The notes under the pieces were generated by a model. The model was not told the origin of the DNA. It made no database searches and worked only from the letters and a program-made list of their open reading frames with translations. A DNA stretch of 61,860 nucleotides, filler included, from Nemertoderma westbladi (taxonomy: Eukaryota; Animalia; Xenacoelomorpha), in the NCBI GenBank assembly GCA_032718475.1. It is 4 parts of 4 records of this genome, joined end to end, with 100 filler letters (N's around TTAATTAATTAA, not from the genome) between each part and the next. Parts side by side here need not be neighbours in the genome. Positions count along the whole stretch, not along the records: positions 21,972 to 36,734 come from JAUCBJ010002202.1; positions 36,835 to 56,822 come from JAUCBJ010003913.1; 2 more parts are not named here. One strand, written 5' to 3'. This document shows positions 33,101 through 43,287 of this stretch, in pieces (position 1 is the first letter of the stretch; the number at the start of each line of letters is the position of its first letter). The translations under genes and the position numbers were made by a program.

Positions 33101-34513
33101 GAAGCCAGCACTGCCAATCTGCCATAAGCAAACAGATCCATTCTCATGACCAGTGACCAATATGTCTGTATCACTTCTTGAAGATAGTTGCTTTCCCCCA
33201 TTTACAGGCCAAGCTCTTTTACTGAACTTCTTACCAGTTGTCACATTGCCATACTTAACAACGTTTTCCCATATATCATCAGACAAGCACCCGCAATATT
33301 GTGATGCTGTCAAAGCAGAAAACTGAAGGGAATTAAGGTAGGGCTTGTGGAATGTTGGCCAATCAGGTGATGCCAAATCAACACACACCAACTCCTCTTC
33401 TGCTAGAATATATAAAGTCCAGTTCTTTGTATTATTATCTTCTGACATATCAGCTCCAACAACAAAATCAATAACCTTCGAAGAAACATCAAAAACAACC
33501 TTTTCCCTTTTCCTGTGCTGTACTGTAACACAGTGCTTTTCACCATACTTGGCCCTTGGCATACCACCACTGAAAATAGTTAAACTATCATCGCCATTGT
33601 CGATAGACAAAACTTTGGTAATATTCTTACACGGTAATGGCCCATGCGGCATTTCTGTTTCAGCTTTACATGTGAATGAGTGGTCTGAAACATTTACTTT
33701 CCAACATGTAACCGATCCATCACTATGACCAGAAGAGAAATTATCACCTTCTGTATCAAAATGCAAATTGTTCAAATCACAACGTACACCCCATGCATGT
33801 ATAATGTCAGTATCTTCTTTACCATCAGGGTCTCTAAACCACATTGCAATAAGACGGTTATAGCCTACAACAATTCGATTTGGGTCTTCTGAATGAGCAG
33901 ATAAAGCAATCACTTGACCTTGATCAGGGCTGACATCTTCTCCAGCATTTTTAGCAGCTTTGACTAACTTTTCCTGAAAAATTATTTTATCTTCCAACTC
34001 AAATTGTGCAATCTTCATGATATACACATTCCCTCCTCCTGTTCCCAAATATAACGAGCCCGCATCAGCACTCAAAGCGGCTTTTGTTACATTGTCCACT
34101 TTGCCATTTAGATTTAGAACTTTAACAACACTGAAGGTGGAAACAGTAGTATCTTCTGACTCTTTGTTGATTTCCCAAAGTCGTACTGAGTTGTCTGGTT
34201 CATTCGTTATGGTGACAACACGCCCTTGTCCAGGAAGGAAAAACAACTCCTTTACTGAGGACCCAGTTCCAGAAAACTCGACACCCTTGGCACCAACAAC
34301 GTGCAAATCTCCATTCTTTGTTGCTATTGCCAAGAGCTTTAGTTTGTCATCGAAGTCAATTGAAGTCGGTTTATCTGGAAAGCCGTGCTTAAGTGTTTTC
34401 TCAAAAAGGTAGGTTTCTTTCTTGACCTTTTCGCGAGCTTCACTATCCTTCTCTCCCTTCTTAAACATATGCATTCCTTTCAAAACTTTGCTTCGCACAG
34501 CAGCAGCTGCCAT
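30200..34513 (-). CDS. LLGL: Lethal(2) giant larvae homolog, single coding exon, acidic C-terminal extension
   Basis: 1437-aa ORF with HGFP, FSGGMPRA, FRRVGDFDPFSDDPRL, WKGH, aPKC site cluster TLKQSLRESFRRLKK and CSEEQIKIF; no tomosyn-type R-SNARE tail. Confidence 0.93.
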   Translation of the reverse strand: MAAAAVRSKVLKGMHMFKKGEKDSEAREKVKKETYLFEKTLKHGFPDKPTSIDFDDKLKLLAIATKNGDLHVVGAKGVEFSGTGSSVKELFFLPGQGRVVTITNEPDNSVRLWEINKESEDTTVSTFSVVKVLNLNGKVDNVTKAALSADAGSLYLGTGGGNVYIMKIAQFELEDKIIFQEKLVKAAKNAGEDVSPDQGQVIALSAHSEDPNRIVVGYNRLIAMWFRDPDGKEDTDIIHAWGVRCDLNNLHFDTEGDNFSSGHSDGSVTCWKVNVSDHSFTCKAETEMPHGPLPCKNITKVLSIDNGDDSLTIFSGGMPRAKYGEKHCVTVQHRKREKVVFDVSSKVIDFVVGADMSEDNNTKNWTLYILAEEELVCVDLASPDWPTFHKPYLNSLQFSALTASQYCGCLSDDIWENVVKYGNVTTGKKFSKRAWPVNGGKQLSSRSDTDILVTGHENGSVCLWQIGSAGFQQIYKLDTSDIFVPDAEPESLDADNCQPPFRRVGDFDPFSDDPRLAITHIYFSEDNGLVVTSGAAGQVVVFQLKDSAGEISIPNVNADIIQGAVEFNWKGHDPLNVKPGLTVREGYQPTLVVQSIPPAAITAMDVEPKLNLVAFGSSYGFSIFDISNKELVTSRCTLDGTADGGEAQHPRTLKQSLRESFRRLKKKPERHPSGEKASTSTSSPDVEKSGDSENKEVDPSAEEKVVDSETPVEAKPADKPASDSTHTEEKVVRVVKFTESKRDEVTTPSMIRHIFFAETFLRDHIKSTHTLWAGTQSGQVISYLLDVPSDEKRAETTIKASIAKDIKLKHAAPVIGMTIIDKDGNPSPRHGENTPFDVGGKHGLLLCSEEQIKIFHLPSLKPAKKHRLAIQDGSRVRKVGFATLGSTVDVGHFENCIIFLNNHGELFAFTTQNLKQQVRIRAIERDNRSAIASCIFTRQGEGFYLSSGSELQRFTLSAKINPKPQCMLELAEGMRPIIDTEVEEETKDVTNVEDSKPDEIKDEEQSKPMVLTPGVTTTVIASKHVTKKTVTTVEGGEVTTETIATVTEDIKTSGNVDDGEMLSEIEEFIAKGELGELQKVENVETEIVKEKDEDDKDVDDKDVDDNDVDRCQVPEEQDQKGHEIEEITQQEQKSDILECTPTVNEDADGKEKSEALQHSGLVVADDVDAVVEEPKGESKFREDYSEEPEEGKHVDQQIEIQVSDGIIMNGDPKSWIPDRDNIQPNSDPAENSAADHVTDDIDEEADEDKGYTRSFSHELDSEPDEVKDHIGDDDSNEHDAKKENDVITEVEKDAIDDANEPDEVKDPIGDDDSNEQDNGRGKKEEALEDELNDSVEAEDVKVSKEEASLNDSKDGEDIEESKELDHINTSSKEDDFLNDSKDDDILDDSKDDIDVVTDHLKTNEGKDKVNRSKLEGADHDAEHTENKETRDVNGVSD

Positions 34514-34671
34514 GTTGAATATATTAATATGTTAACAATTAAATAAATATATGAGTTGACAGAAAAATATGAAAAGGTTAAGTTATGGTAGGTGAAATAG
34601 GATAAATCAATTTACTCAGGGTGAACTGGCGAGTGAGAGAGTGAGGGGGGGTCGCCACGGAACTGTTTGAA

Positions 34672-36734
34672 TTGTGGCGGCCTGGAGTAAAGGAGCCTGA
34701 GGTAGTGTACGTAGGGCCTTACTTAGTGGATGCTAGAGGAATTAAGTTAGTGGGTTGGGCGGACCCGCACGACGGCGAACCCGAGGTTAACCCCAAGGAT
34801 TCGGTGTCGTTGGTTAGCAAAAACCCCAGAAAGCAGGGGAAAGTTAGTAGGACAGAGAGGCGACGGGAGTCCGTCACGACCGATAAGTCCGCTACAGCAA
34901 GAAGGGTGTTAGAGATAGATCTGGCGTATCAACTAGACCTTGTAGTGCTGGATCAGCAAGAGCTAGAGAGGCAACTGGACGAGGGAACCGCATTATTAGA
35001 GAAAGAGAGAGAGTTAGCGAGAGAGTGTAGAGAGAGGGCCGAGAGGGTGGCGAGAAACTGTAGGGAGCGGGAAGAGAGATAGATAAACGAGCGCGAGGAG
35101 CGGGAAGTGAGAATAGAGAACGAGCGCAAAGAGCGGGAGGCGAGAATGGAGAATGAGCACAACGAGCGAGAGGCAAGAGAAGTGAACGAGCATAGAGAGC
35201 GAGAAGCGAGAGAGGCAGCGAGGGTAGAGAGAGAAACGAATGAGTGTAGAGAGCGGGAGCCGAGAGAGGCAGAATTAGCCAACCAGAGTTTGAGAGAGGA
35301 CAGAGAGAGAGAGAGAGAGAGAGAGAGCAGGAAAGCATATGCGGGATGATATGCATAACCAGCTGATGGGCTTTTGCAATACCGGGCAAAGTAAAAGCGC
35401 CGGTTAGAACTAGCAAAGTTGGGATTATCGGAGAGTGAGGCTGGTTCGGGTAGTGTTTACGAGGAGCCAGAAGTAATGGAAACGTTTGTTAATACCCCAC
35501 TTACAGGCACCGGATGACAGACCCAAGACTGGTGTAACCATACGGGCGGGGGGAGGGGGGGGGGGGGTATTAATAATACATTAGAAGGAATTAATATTAA
35601 TAGTACCGTAGTAGACAACCCTAATCAAACCTTTGTTGCAGGAAATTATATTTTACCTGGTAATAACAATTTTGACTTAAATGTGCAAAATAATCCAAAT
35701 AATAATATTAATTTAAATGTACAAAATATTCCAAATAATAATACTAATTTAAACGTACAAAATAATCCAAATAATATTACTACTTTGAATGTACAAAATA
35801 ATTCAAATAATAATTTCAATTTAAACACACAAAATAATTCAAATAATAATTCTAATTTAAAATTGCAAAGTAATCCAAATAATAACCCTAATTCCGAACA
35901 AGATAATTTAAATAATTTAGATAATAATATTATTGATAACGGTGCTATTAATACGAACGTAGGGGATACAGGTGGTCCGACCAGAGGGAGCCTGCAAGGC
36001 CACGTAGTTACGCAGGGAGTAGCGGGGGTGAGTCAACCCGACGGGAGCCTGCAAGGCCACGTAGTTAGGTAGGGAGTAGCGGGGGTAAGTCAACCCGACG
36101 GGAAGCCTGCACCGTGAGCGGGCGAGCGACAAGATGTCGAGCCCAGTCGGAAGACGGAAGAAGAACAGTGGAGTTTATCCGGGAGGTCAAAGAGAGATCT
36201 CACAAAGGGGATTGCTACACTGAAGAGAGAAGAAGTGAAGAGAATAGAAGAAGCATTGCTACGAGCAACCGGAGAGCAAGGATGGACAGTGAACCGTCGG
36301 TAGTAGAGATGGAGTTAGAGAGTCAGTGGGGTCGAACTCCGGGAGATTGCCGTCACCCCGGAGAGACGCAGCCTGGTGAGATATACCACACACCAGGAGA
36401 AGGGTACAGAATGTACCGGTACCAGAACGAGAACAGGAGAGGGGATCGAAGAGAAACTTCCCGACAGGATATAGCTGCCGATCGAGAGTACGGTAGTCAT
36501 GGGGAGGACTTCTTGGAATATTCGAGAAGATTAAACTTCGGTCCGGAAGGACATAGGCAGACTACAGGACACACTGTAGGCCTTACTGCACATGCTGGAA
36601 GAGATAGTATAGGCGATAGGGTAGCGCGGAAAATGGGATTAGACCCAGAAGTCGCGGCATACATACTGGTAGGTAGGCAAGAAGTGGATAGGCCTATACC
36701 TGTACCTGCACACCAGTATGACTATAATATGCAG
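34672..36734 (+). pseudogene. Degenerate low-complexity ORF (E/R coiled coil, Asn-rich 30-bp repeats, 57-bp repeat); possibly retroelement gag-like
   Basis: Purine-rich collinear ORFs (34672-35082, 35107-35349, 35683-36072, 36114-gap) separated by stops or frameshifts; no diagnostic domain seen. Confidence 0.35.
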
Positions 36735-36834
36735 NNNNNNNNNNNNNNNNNNNNNNNNNNNNNNNNNNNNNNNNNNNNTTAATTAATTAANNNNNNNNNN
36801 NNNNNNNNNNNNNNNNNNNNNNNNNNNNNNNNNN
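36735..36834. other. Artificial contig linker
   Basis: 44 N + TTAATTAATTAA + 44 N. Confidence 0.97.
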
Positions 36835-37210
36835 TGAACTGATTAAAATCATTTACAAGGGATCCTCTTGGTGGTGCTTGAGAGAAGTAGAAGTAGAAAA
36901 GAAGTAGTGACGCTGTGATGGGTTACATGTCACATAATATTGCATGGTAGTTTTATACTTAAAATTATTTTATAAATGAAACTTCAATTTTGCATTAATA
37001 TAGCTCGCCCTGATTAACACGTGCTGTTTTGATATGTCGTTTTTTGAATTCATCTCAAAAAGTAGAACATTTTTAAAAAAAAATTTTTAATTTCGACATC
37101 TTTTAAGTGTATTTTTCTGAAAAAAGGAATTTTTTTTAACACGTTTTCTGCAAAATCACTTTTCTGAGGATTGAACCCTTTCTATGTGACGTCACACATT
37201 TATTGGTACA

Positions 37211-38645
37211 GTGCATTATAACCAATCTACTGTGCATGAGTCATTAAGAGATGCTCATTGGGGTGAACAGTTTGCTGATAAGACTGTGAATGAGACTTGG
37301 TGCGATTTGAAGTCTGAGCTACTTGAAGGTCAAGATAAATTTGTCCCAACTACAAGTCGTTCAAGTACAGTAGTTTTAAACAACCATGGATGTGCCATTT
37401 AGAGATATGGCGGTGGCGCTCATTTCCCACAGACCGGAGTTGAGACAGATACGTGCGGGCTAGGCAGTATGCAGGTAGGGCGTGTTGGAAAGCTAAACGG
37501 GACCACGAAGGGCATATAGCCGATCTTTTTAGATCAAACACCAAAGTTTTTTGGAAATATGTTAACTCTAAAAGGAAAACCAGATGTCCAGTAGGCCCAT
37601 TGCATAGTGAGGGTGAATCTGTGAGTTCAGAAACTGGTATGGCGGAAATATTCAGCAATACATTTTCCGATGTATTAGCCGATGACAACAATATTCCATG
37701 TGACTACAGACCTAACATCTCAAATATCACTACAAACCTCCCACCTTTGGAACATATTCATTTTTCTGTTGATGATGTACTGGACTCCCTGAGTGATCTA
37801 AATCCTAATAAGTCTGCTGGCCCAGATCTTCTTCATAGTAGTAGGGTTCTTAAAGGACTGGCAGCTGTGATTGATGTTCCGTGTCATAGTATATTTTAGG
37901 ATGTCCTTTGATACAGGTGAAGTGCCTGATATTGGCATTTTGCAATTATTAATCCGCTACCTAAGAAACCCCCTAGACACAATCCGGAAAACTACCGTCC
38001 TATCTCCCTCACATGCATCTTGGAAAAGTTTGTGAGAAGTTTGTAAGAGATGCTTTGGTAAACCATTTCGAATCAAACAACCTATCCACCGACTCACAAC
38101 ATGGAGGAATGTCCCACCGTTCCACAGTTACCCAACTATTGGAAGTACTAGAAGATTTTAGTACATATGTAGACGACCTCCACACTCTCGGAGCCGATGT
38201 AGTATATCTCGAATTGTGTCGTGCCTTTGATATTGTATCGCACAAACTGCTTCTCCAAAAGTTGAACACATGGAATCCGAGGTAGTGTGGCACAATGGAT
38301 CAGCAATCTCCTCTCTAATCATTCCCAATGTGAACTTGTAAATGTTGTACTAAGTAGTTCCCGTATGGTCTCCAGTGGTGTCCCGCAAGGAACGGTGACT
38401 GCCCCTATTTTGTTCCTAATATTTGTGAATGAAATTCCTGATGTCGTATCGTCCATTTGCAAGGTGTTTGTTGATGACACCAAGATTTACAGGCCAATCC
38501 ACAGTTCTGCAGATGTTGATTGTCTCCAGGTGAATTAGATTCACTTGCTGATTGGGGAAATCGTTGGCATCTTAAGTTCAACCCAGCTAAGTGTAAAGTT
38601 GTTCATCTTGGACGTAAGAATCCGCAGTCATCACCCCTACCTCCT
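37211..38645 (+). pseudogene. CR1-group LINE ORF2 remnant
   Basis: KVFWKYVNSKRK, PNKSAGPD, NYRPISLTC, SGVPQGTV, FVDDTKIY, FNPAKCKVVHLG; several frameshifts. Confidence 0.88.
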
Positions 38646-39540
38646 GGCACCGACGGCACGTGATTGGCTCCAGGTGCTCCCCATCGCTTCCCTGGGGCTC
38701 CGTCTTAGCGACGACCAGGTCCGGATCGGCACCGCCATCCGTCTCGGCGCGCCAGTCTGTGCCGAGCATTCTTGTCAAGGCTGTGATGCCGTAGTCGACA
38801 CAAGTGGGACTCATGGTCTCAGCTGCCTCCACAACTGTGGTAAATACTCCCGCCACGCTGAGGCCAACGATGTGATCCACCGCGCCCTGTCATCTGCCGG
38901 TATATCATCCACCCTCGAGCCCCGCGACCTCTGCAAGGATGGCCGGAAACCAGACGGTATGTCTGTCGCCCCTTGGCACCAAGGACGTAGCCTCGTTTGG
39001 GACTTCACCTGCCGGGATACCTTAGCCCAATCCTATCTCCCGATTACATCGATAACCGAAGGGGGTGCTGCCGCAGCGGCTGAGGCAACCAAAGCTGCAA
39101 AATACGCCGACCTGGCTCACAACTATCACTTTGTGACGGTTGCCTCCGAAACCCTCGGCCCAATCGGTGATGAGGGCACCGTTCTCCTCAATGAGATTGG
39201 TCGCCGAATCGCCCTCGCCACCGGGGAACCAAGGTCCACCTCCTTCCTGTTCCAGCGGCTATCGATTGCCATCACCCGTGGGAATGCCAGCGCCATCATG
39301 GGGAACCTCCCCACCCAAGCTAGCCTCGATGAAGTGTTCCTACTTCGCTAGACCGGTTACGACAGATTACCGAATGGATCCAGTTACATGTCACTTCTGG
39401 CCCTAACTCTAGTTACATTACCTTAGTTACTCATTAATGTCGTGCTAATTATTTGTTCGGATTGTGCTATCGCTCATGCAGTTTAGATTAACAAAACTAG
39501 CTTGTATAAAAATTTCATTAATTTGGTAATAAAATTGGGA
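38646..39540 (+). mobile_element. 3' part of a CRE-like non-LTR retrotransposon (zinc knuckle + restriction-like endonuclease)
   Basis: WLQVLPIASLGL, CQGC..HGLSC, SRH, RKPDG..VWDFT, AEATKAAKY, SETLG, LFQRLSIAITRGNA; stop at 39351. GC-rich relative to the CR1 part. Ends approximate. Confidence 0.82.
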
Positions 39541-39604
39541 ATAATCAATTAGTATTATCATGTAGGCATTGCGTTGTTGCCAAGCTACTTATGAGATAAA
39601 CAAA

Positions 39605-40015
39605 ATGTTCTAGAACATGGTGTATGCATTAATAATAGAATAAATGGCCTGCAGCGGAAGCAAATACATGTAAAATTCGAATGCCCATATCTCAGCTATT
39701 TCCCAACCAAATTCACATATTTTTACATATTTGGAATCCTTGCGCGGTCGGCTTTCCACTAGTACCAACAAATCACTAAATGATTGAAGAATAACTGCGG
39801 TGTAACTGGTGCAATATCGACGGAGACACCTTTTTCAAACGCTTGTAGCTAAAGAATGAAAGCGAAAATAAAAATTCTGGCTCACCCAGCAAGGAGGAGG
39901 GAGGTGAAACTATCTCTGTTTCAAATTTCATGCAATCTCATTAAGATTTGTAGACAAATTTGGGGGGGGGGGGGGCAGGTACCTGAATAACGACACTATA
40001 TTCCAGGACATGGTG
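39605..40015. mobile_element. Single diverged arm related to the 4739-5707 MITE
   Basis: Shares AATAGAATAAATGGC.TGCAGC, CATATTT.GAATCCTTGC, TGTTTCAAATTTCA and terminal GACACTATATT...CATGGTG, followed by TA. Confidence 0.65.
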
Positions 40016-41092
40016 TATACACATGTATTTTTCTAATTCGAATTAAAAAAACATAGATATACAGTATACTGAAAATAAGTGTTTCTCGTTTTTTTTAGAA
40101 TATTTGCATCTTTTATACAGCGGGGAATGGGGGGTAGTTGGCACATTCCCGCATGTATAGATACGCGTGTGTTCAACAGAACAGCAGAAATAAACAAGGA
40201 AATGTGAATTTTGAATTCAACGCATCAACTTCCCGCACTTCACTTTGACGAAACAGAATGTGACATGAGGCGGAATTAATTAATATTCTGAAAAGGTTCT
40301 TCCACAAATTAAAATGCATGCTCGCTACTTATACGCAGCTGAGTGATGAGACGTGTGTGTGTGTGTGTGGAAGTAATATGATACGAGACGCCGCTGAGTG
40401 CTGAGACATGTGTGTGCGGAAGTAATATGATACTAGACGCCGCTGAGTGCTGAGACATGTGTGTGCGGAAGTAATATGATACTAGACGCCACTGAGTGCT
40501 GAGAGATGTGTGTGCGGAAGTAATATGATACTAGATGCCGCTGAGTGCTGGGACATGTGTGTGCGGAAGTAATATGATACAAGACGCCGCTGAGTGTTGA
40601 GACATGTGTGTGCGGAAGTAATGTGATACTAGACGCCGCTGAGTGCTGAGACATGTGTGGTGTGTGGAAGTAATATGATACTAGACGCCGCTGAGTGCTG
40701 AGACATGTGTGTGCGGAAGTAATATGATACTAGACGCCGCTGAGTGCTGAGACATGTGTGTGCTGGAAGTAATATGATACTAGACGCCGCTGAGTGCTGA
40801 GACATGTGTGTGCGGAAGTAATATGATACGAGACGCCGCTGAGTGCTGAGACATGTGTGTGTGTGGAAGTAATATGATACTAGACGCCGCTGAGTGCTGA
40901 GACATGTGTGTGCGGAAGTAATATGATACAAGACACTGCTGAGTGCTGAGACATGTGTGTGCGGAAGTAATGTGATACTAGACGCCGCTGAGTGATGAGA
41001 CTGTGTAGGTGTGTGGAAGTAATATGATACTAGACGCCGCTGAGTGCTGAGACATGTGTGTGCGGAAGTAATATGATACAAGACGCCGCGGC

Positions 41093-43287
41093 AATCTGCC
41101 TTGCCGCGGCATGACTGGTCCTCTCTGTTGCAACAGCCTAGTGTGAGATCCAGCTTAAAACTGCAGCTGAGCAACAGGTTTGATGTTCTTGCCTCTGAGG
41201 CGGCAAATCACTGTGAGGGCTATACTGCCTTCACAGACGCAGTTAAGTTAGCAGCTGCAGAAACAGTTCCTGTATACCCTCGAAACAGGAAAAGGGCCCC
41301 CTGGACTGACAACAAAATCCAGAAGTGCCGAAATGACCTATATAAGGCGCAGAAAGAGTCCCGACTCAAACAGACTACAGCGGCCAAGAATGCAGTTAAG
41401 GCTGCATCTAGGTCCCTGAACAGGCAGTATTCTGTTAATCTACAGGAGCTAATAAACCAACAGGTTGATGCCATCAATGATGCTGACGACAGCAGGCAAT
41501 CATCCCAGGCATGGAAATCGATCAACTGGCTTACTGGGCGGAAAAGCCAACCAACCACCAAGGTTAAGGCTGAATCACCAGCCGATCGCCTCAATGGTTG
41601 GAAGGCCCACTTTGAAAAGCTCCTCAATAATGACAGGGTATTGCCTGGTAACTTTATAGAAATAAAAGTGTCTGAGTCTGTACTCCCAGATATTCCCATT
41701 GGCGATATCCCCTTTGCAGAAGTGAAGGCTGCTGCAAAGAGCATTAAGACCAATCGTGACAGTGGAGTAGATAGTGTTCCCCCTGAGGTCTTTAAAATAC
41801 CTGAGTGTTTAAAGCTCATCTATCCCATCATAGTTGACATGTACCGAACAACAAGAGTCCCACACGAAATGAAAACAAAGTTGGTGCCAGTTCCCAAGAA
41901 GGGCAACCTAACACTCTATGGTTCTTTTCGGCGAATCTCATTGATCTCGATTGCTGCAAAGCTATACAATAGAATTCTATTAAATCGCATCAGGGATCCC
42001 ATTGAGAGACTGCTCCGTGGAAATCAGAATGGGTTCCGTAAAGGTCGTGGGACCATGGAACCCATTTTGGCACTTAGAAGGATAATTGAAGAGTTCTCAA
42101 AAAAGAAAGACAGGAATCTGGCTGTTATCTTTGTTGACTTCTTCAAGGCCTTTGATTCAGTCTCCCGCTCAAGTATGTTCAGCATACTTTCATTATATGG
42201 GATTCCTGATGAAATTATTGCAGCAATCAGATCAGTATACGATGGTTCGACAACATTTGTGTCTACTGTTGATGGTGAGACAGAACCATTTGAAGTGTTA
42301 TGGGGCGTCCTCCAGGGAGACACACTTGCACCATTCTTGTTCATAATTGTGGTTGACTATGTTCTACGCATGTCCTTAGATCATCATAATGATGATGGGG
42401 TGATGATAACTCCACCTACTGGCTCCAGAAGTCGAGGAAATCCTGCCAAGTACCTAACTGATCTAGAATTTGCTGATGACTTAGGAGTACTCTCAGAATC
42501 ACTAGAGGGAGCCCAACGGCTCCTCAGCTCATTAGAACATGCTGCTTCTAGTGTTGGTCTTTTTATTAACTCCAGAAAGATCAAAATTTTGACAGTTAAC
42601 TTTGAAAGTTCTCAGCAAGTCTCTGATCGGATGAGCATAAGCTCAAAGGATGGTATGCTTGAGCATGTGGACGACTTCTGTTACCTGGGATCATGGATCC
42701 GGAAGTCAGATGAGGACCTCCGAATACGTAAGGGAAAGGCATGGGCAGCCTTGAATAGGCTTTCCAGGATTTGGAAGTCACCGAGAATTAATCGGAAACT
42801 TTAGGTCCGATTATTTAGAGCAGCAGTAGTTCCAGTACTCCTCTATGGGAGTCCATGCTGGGCTCTAACTGCTGAGGACACCAAATCTCTGGATGGCACA
42901 TTCACAAGAATGCTACGCCGGGTTCATTGTGTCAAGTACAATGCACACATCTCCAACCAGACACTATATAACATTGGAGGTGTCTCATTGGTTCCCCGAA
43001 GTTTGACACTAGAACAAAATCGCCTCCGCTTTGCAGGACATTGCTTTCGCCGTGAGGACCAGCCAGTGCATAATCTTGTACTTTGGCAGCCTTATGGAGT
43101 GAATAAGCATGGTGGACAGCCCATGACTTTCTTGATACGCATCTTAAAGGACACTGGCTTTGAAGATGCGGATGATCTAGCAAATGTCATGGGTGATTGG
43201 GAGTTGTGGCGGCGCAATTTTGTCGACAAGCCGGCACAGCATTCTTAAAAATGCAGCTGCAATGCAGCATGCCGATACTAGTAGTAG
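41093..43287 (+). mobile_element. RTE LINE copy, 5'-truncated, inside the satellite
   Basis: Near-identical to ~23780-25985; premature stop at 42804; (TAG)n tail. Confidence 0.95.

Noticed and set aside
30200-34513. Tomosyn/STXBP5 assignment
   Set aside because: It has the Lgl-type SLRESFRRL phospho-cluster and lacks a C-terminal R-SNARE motif.
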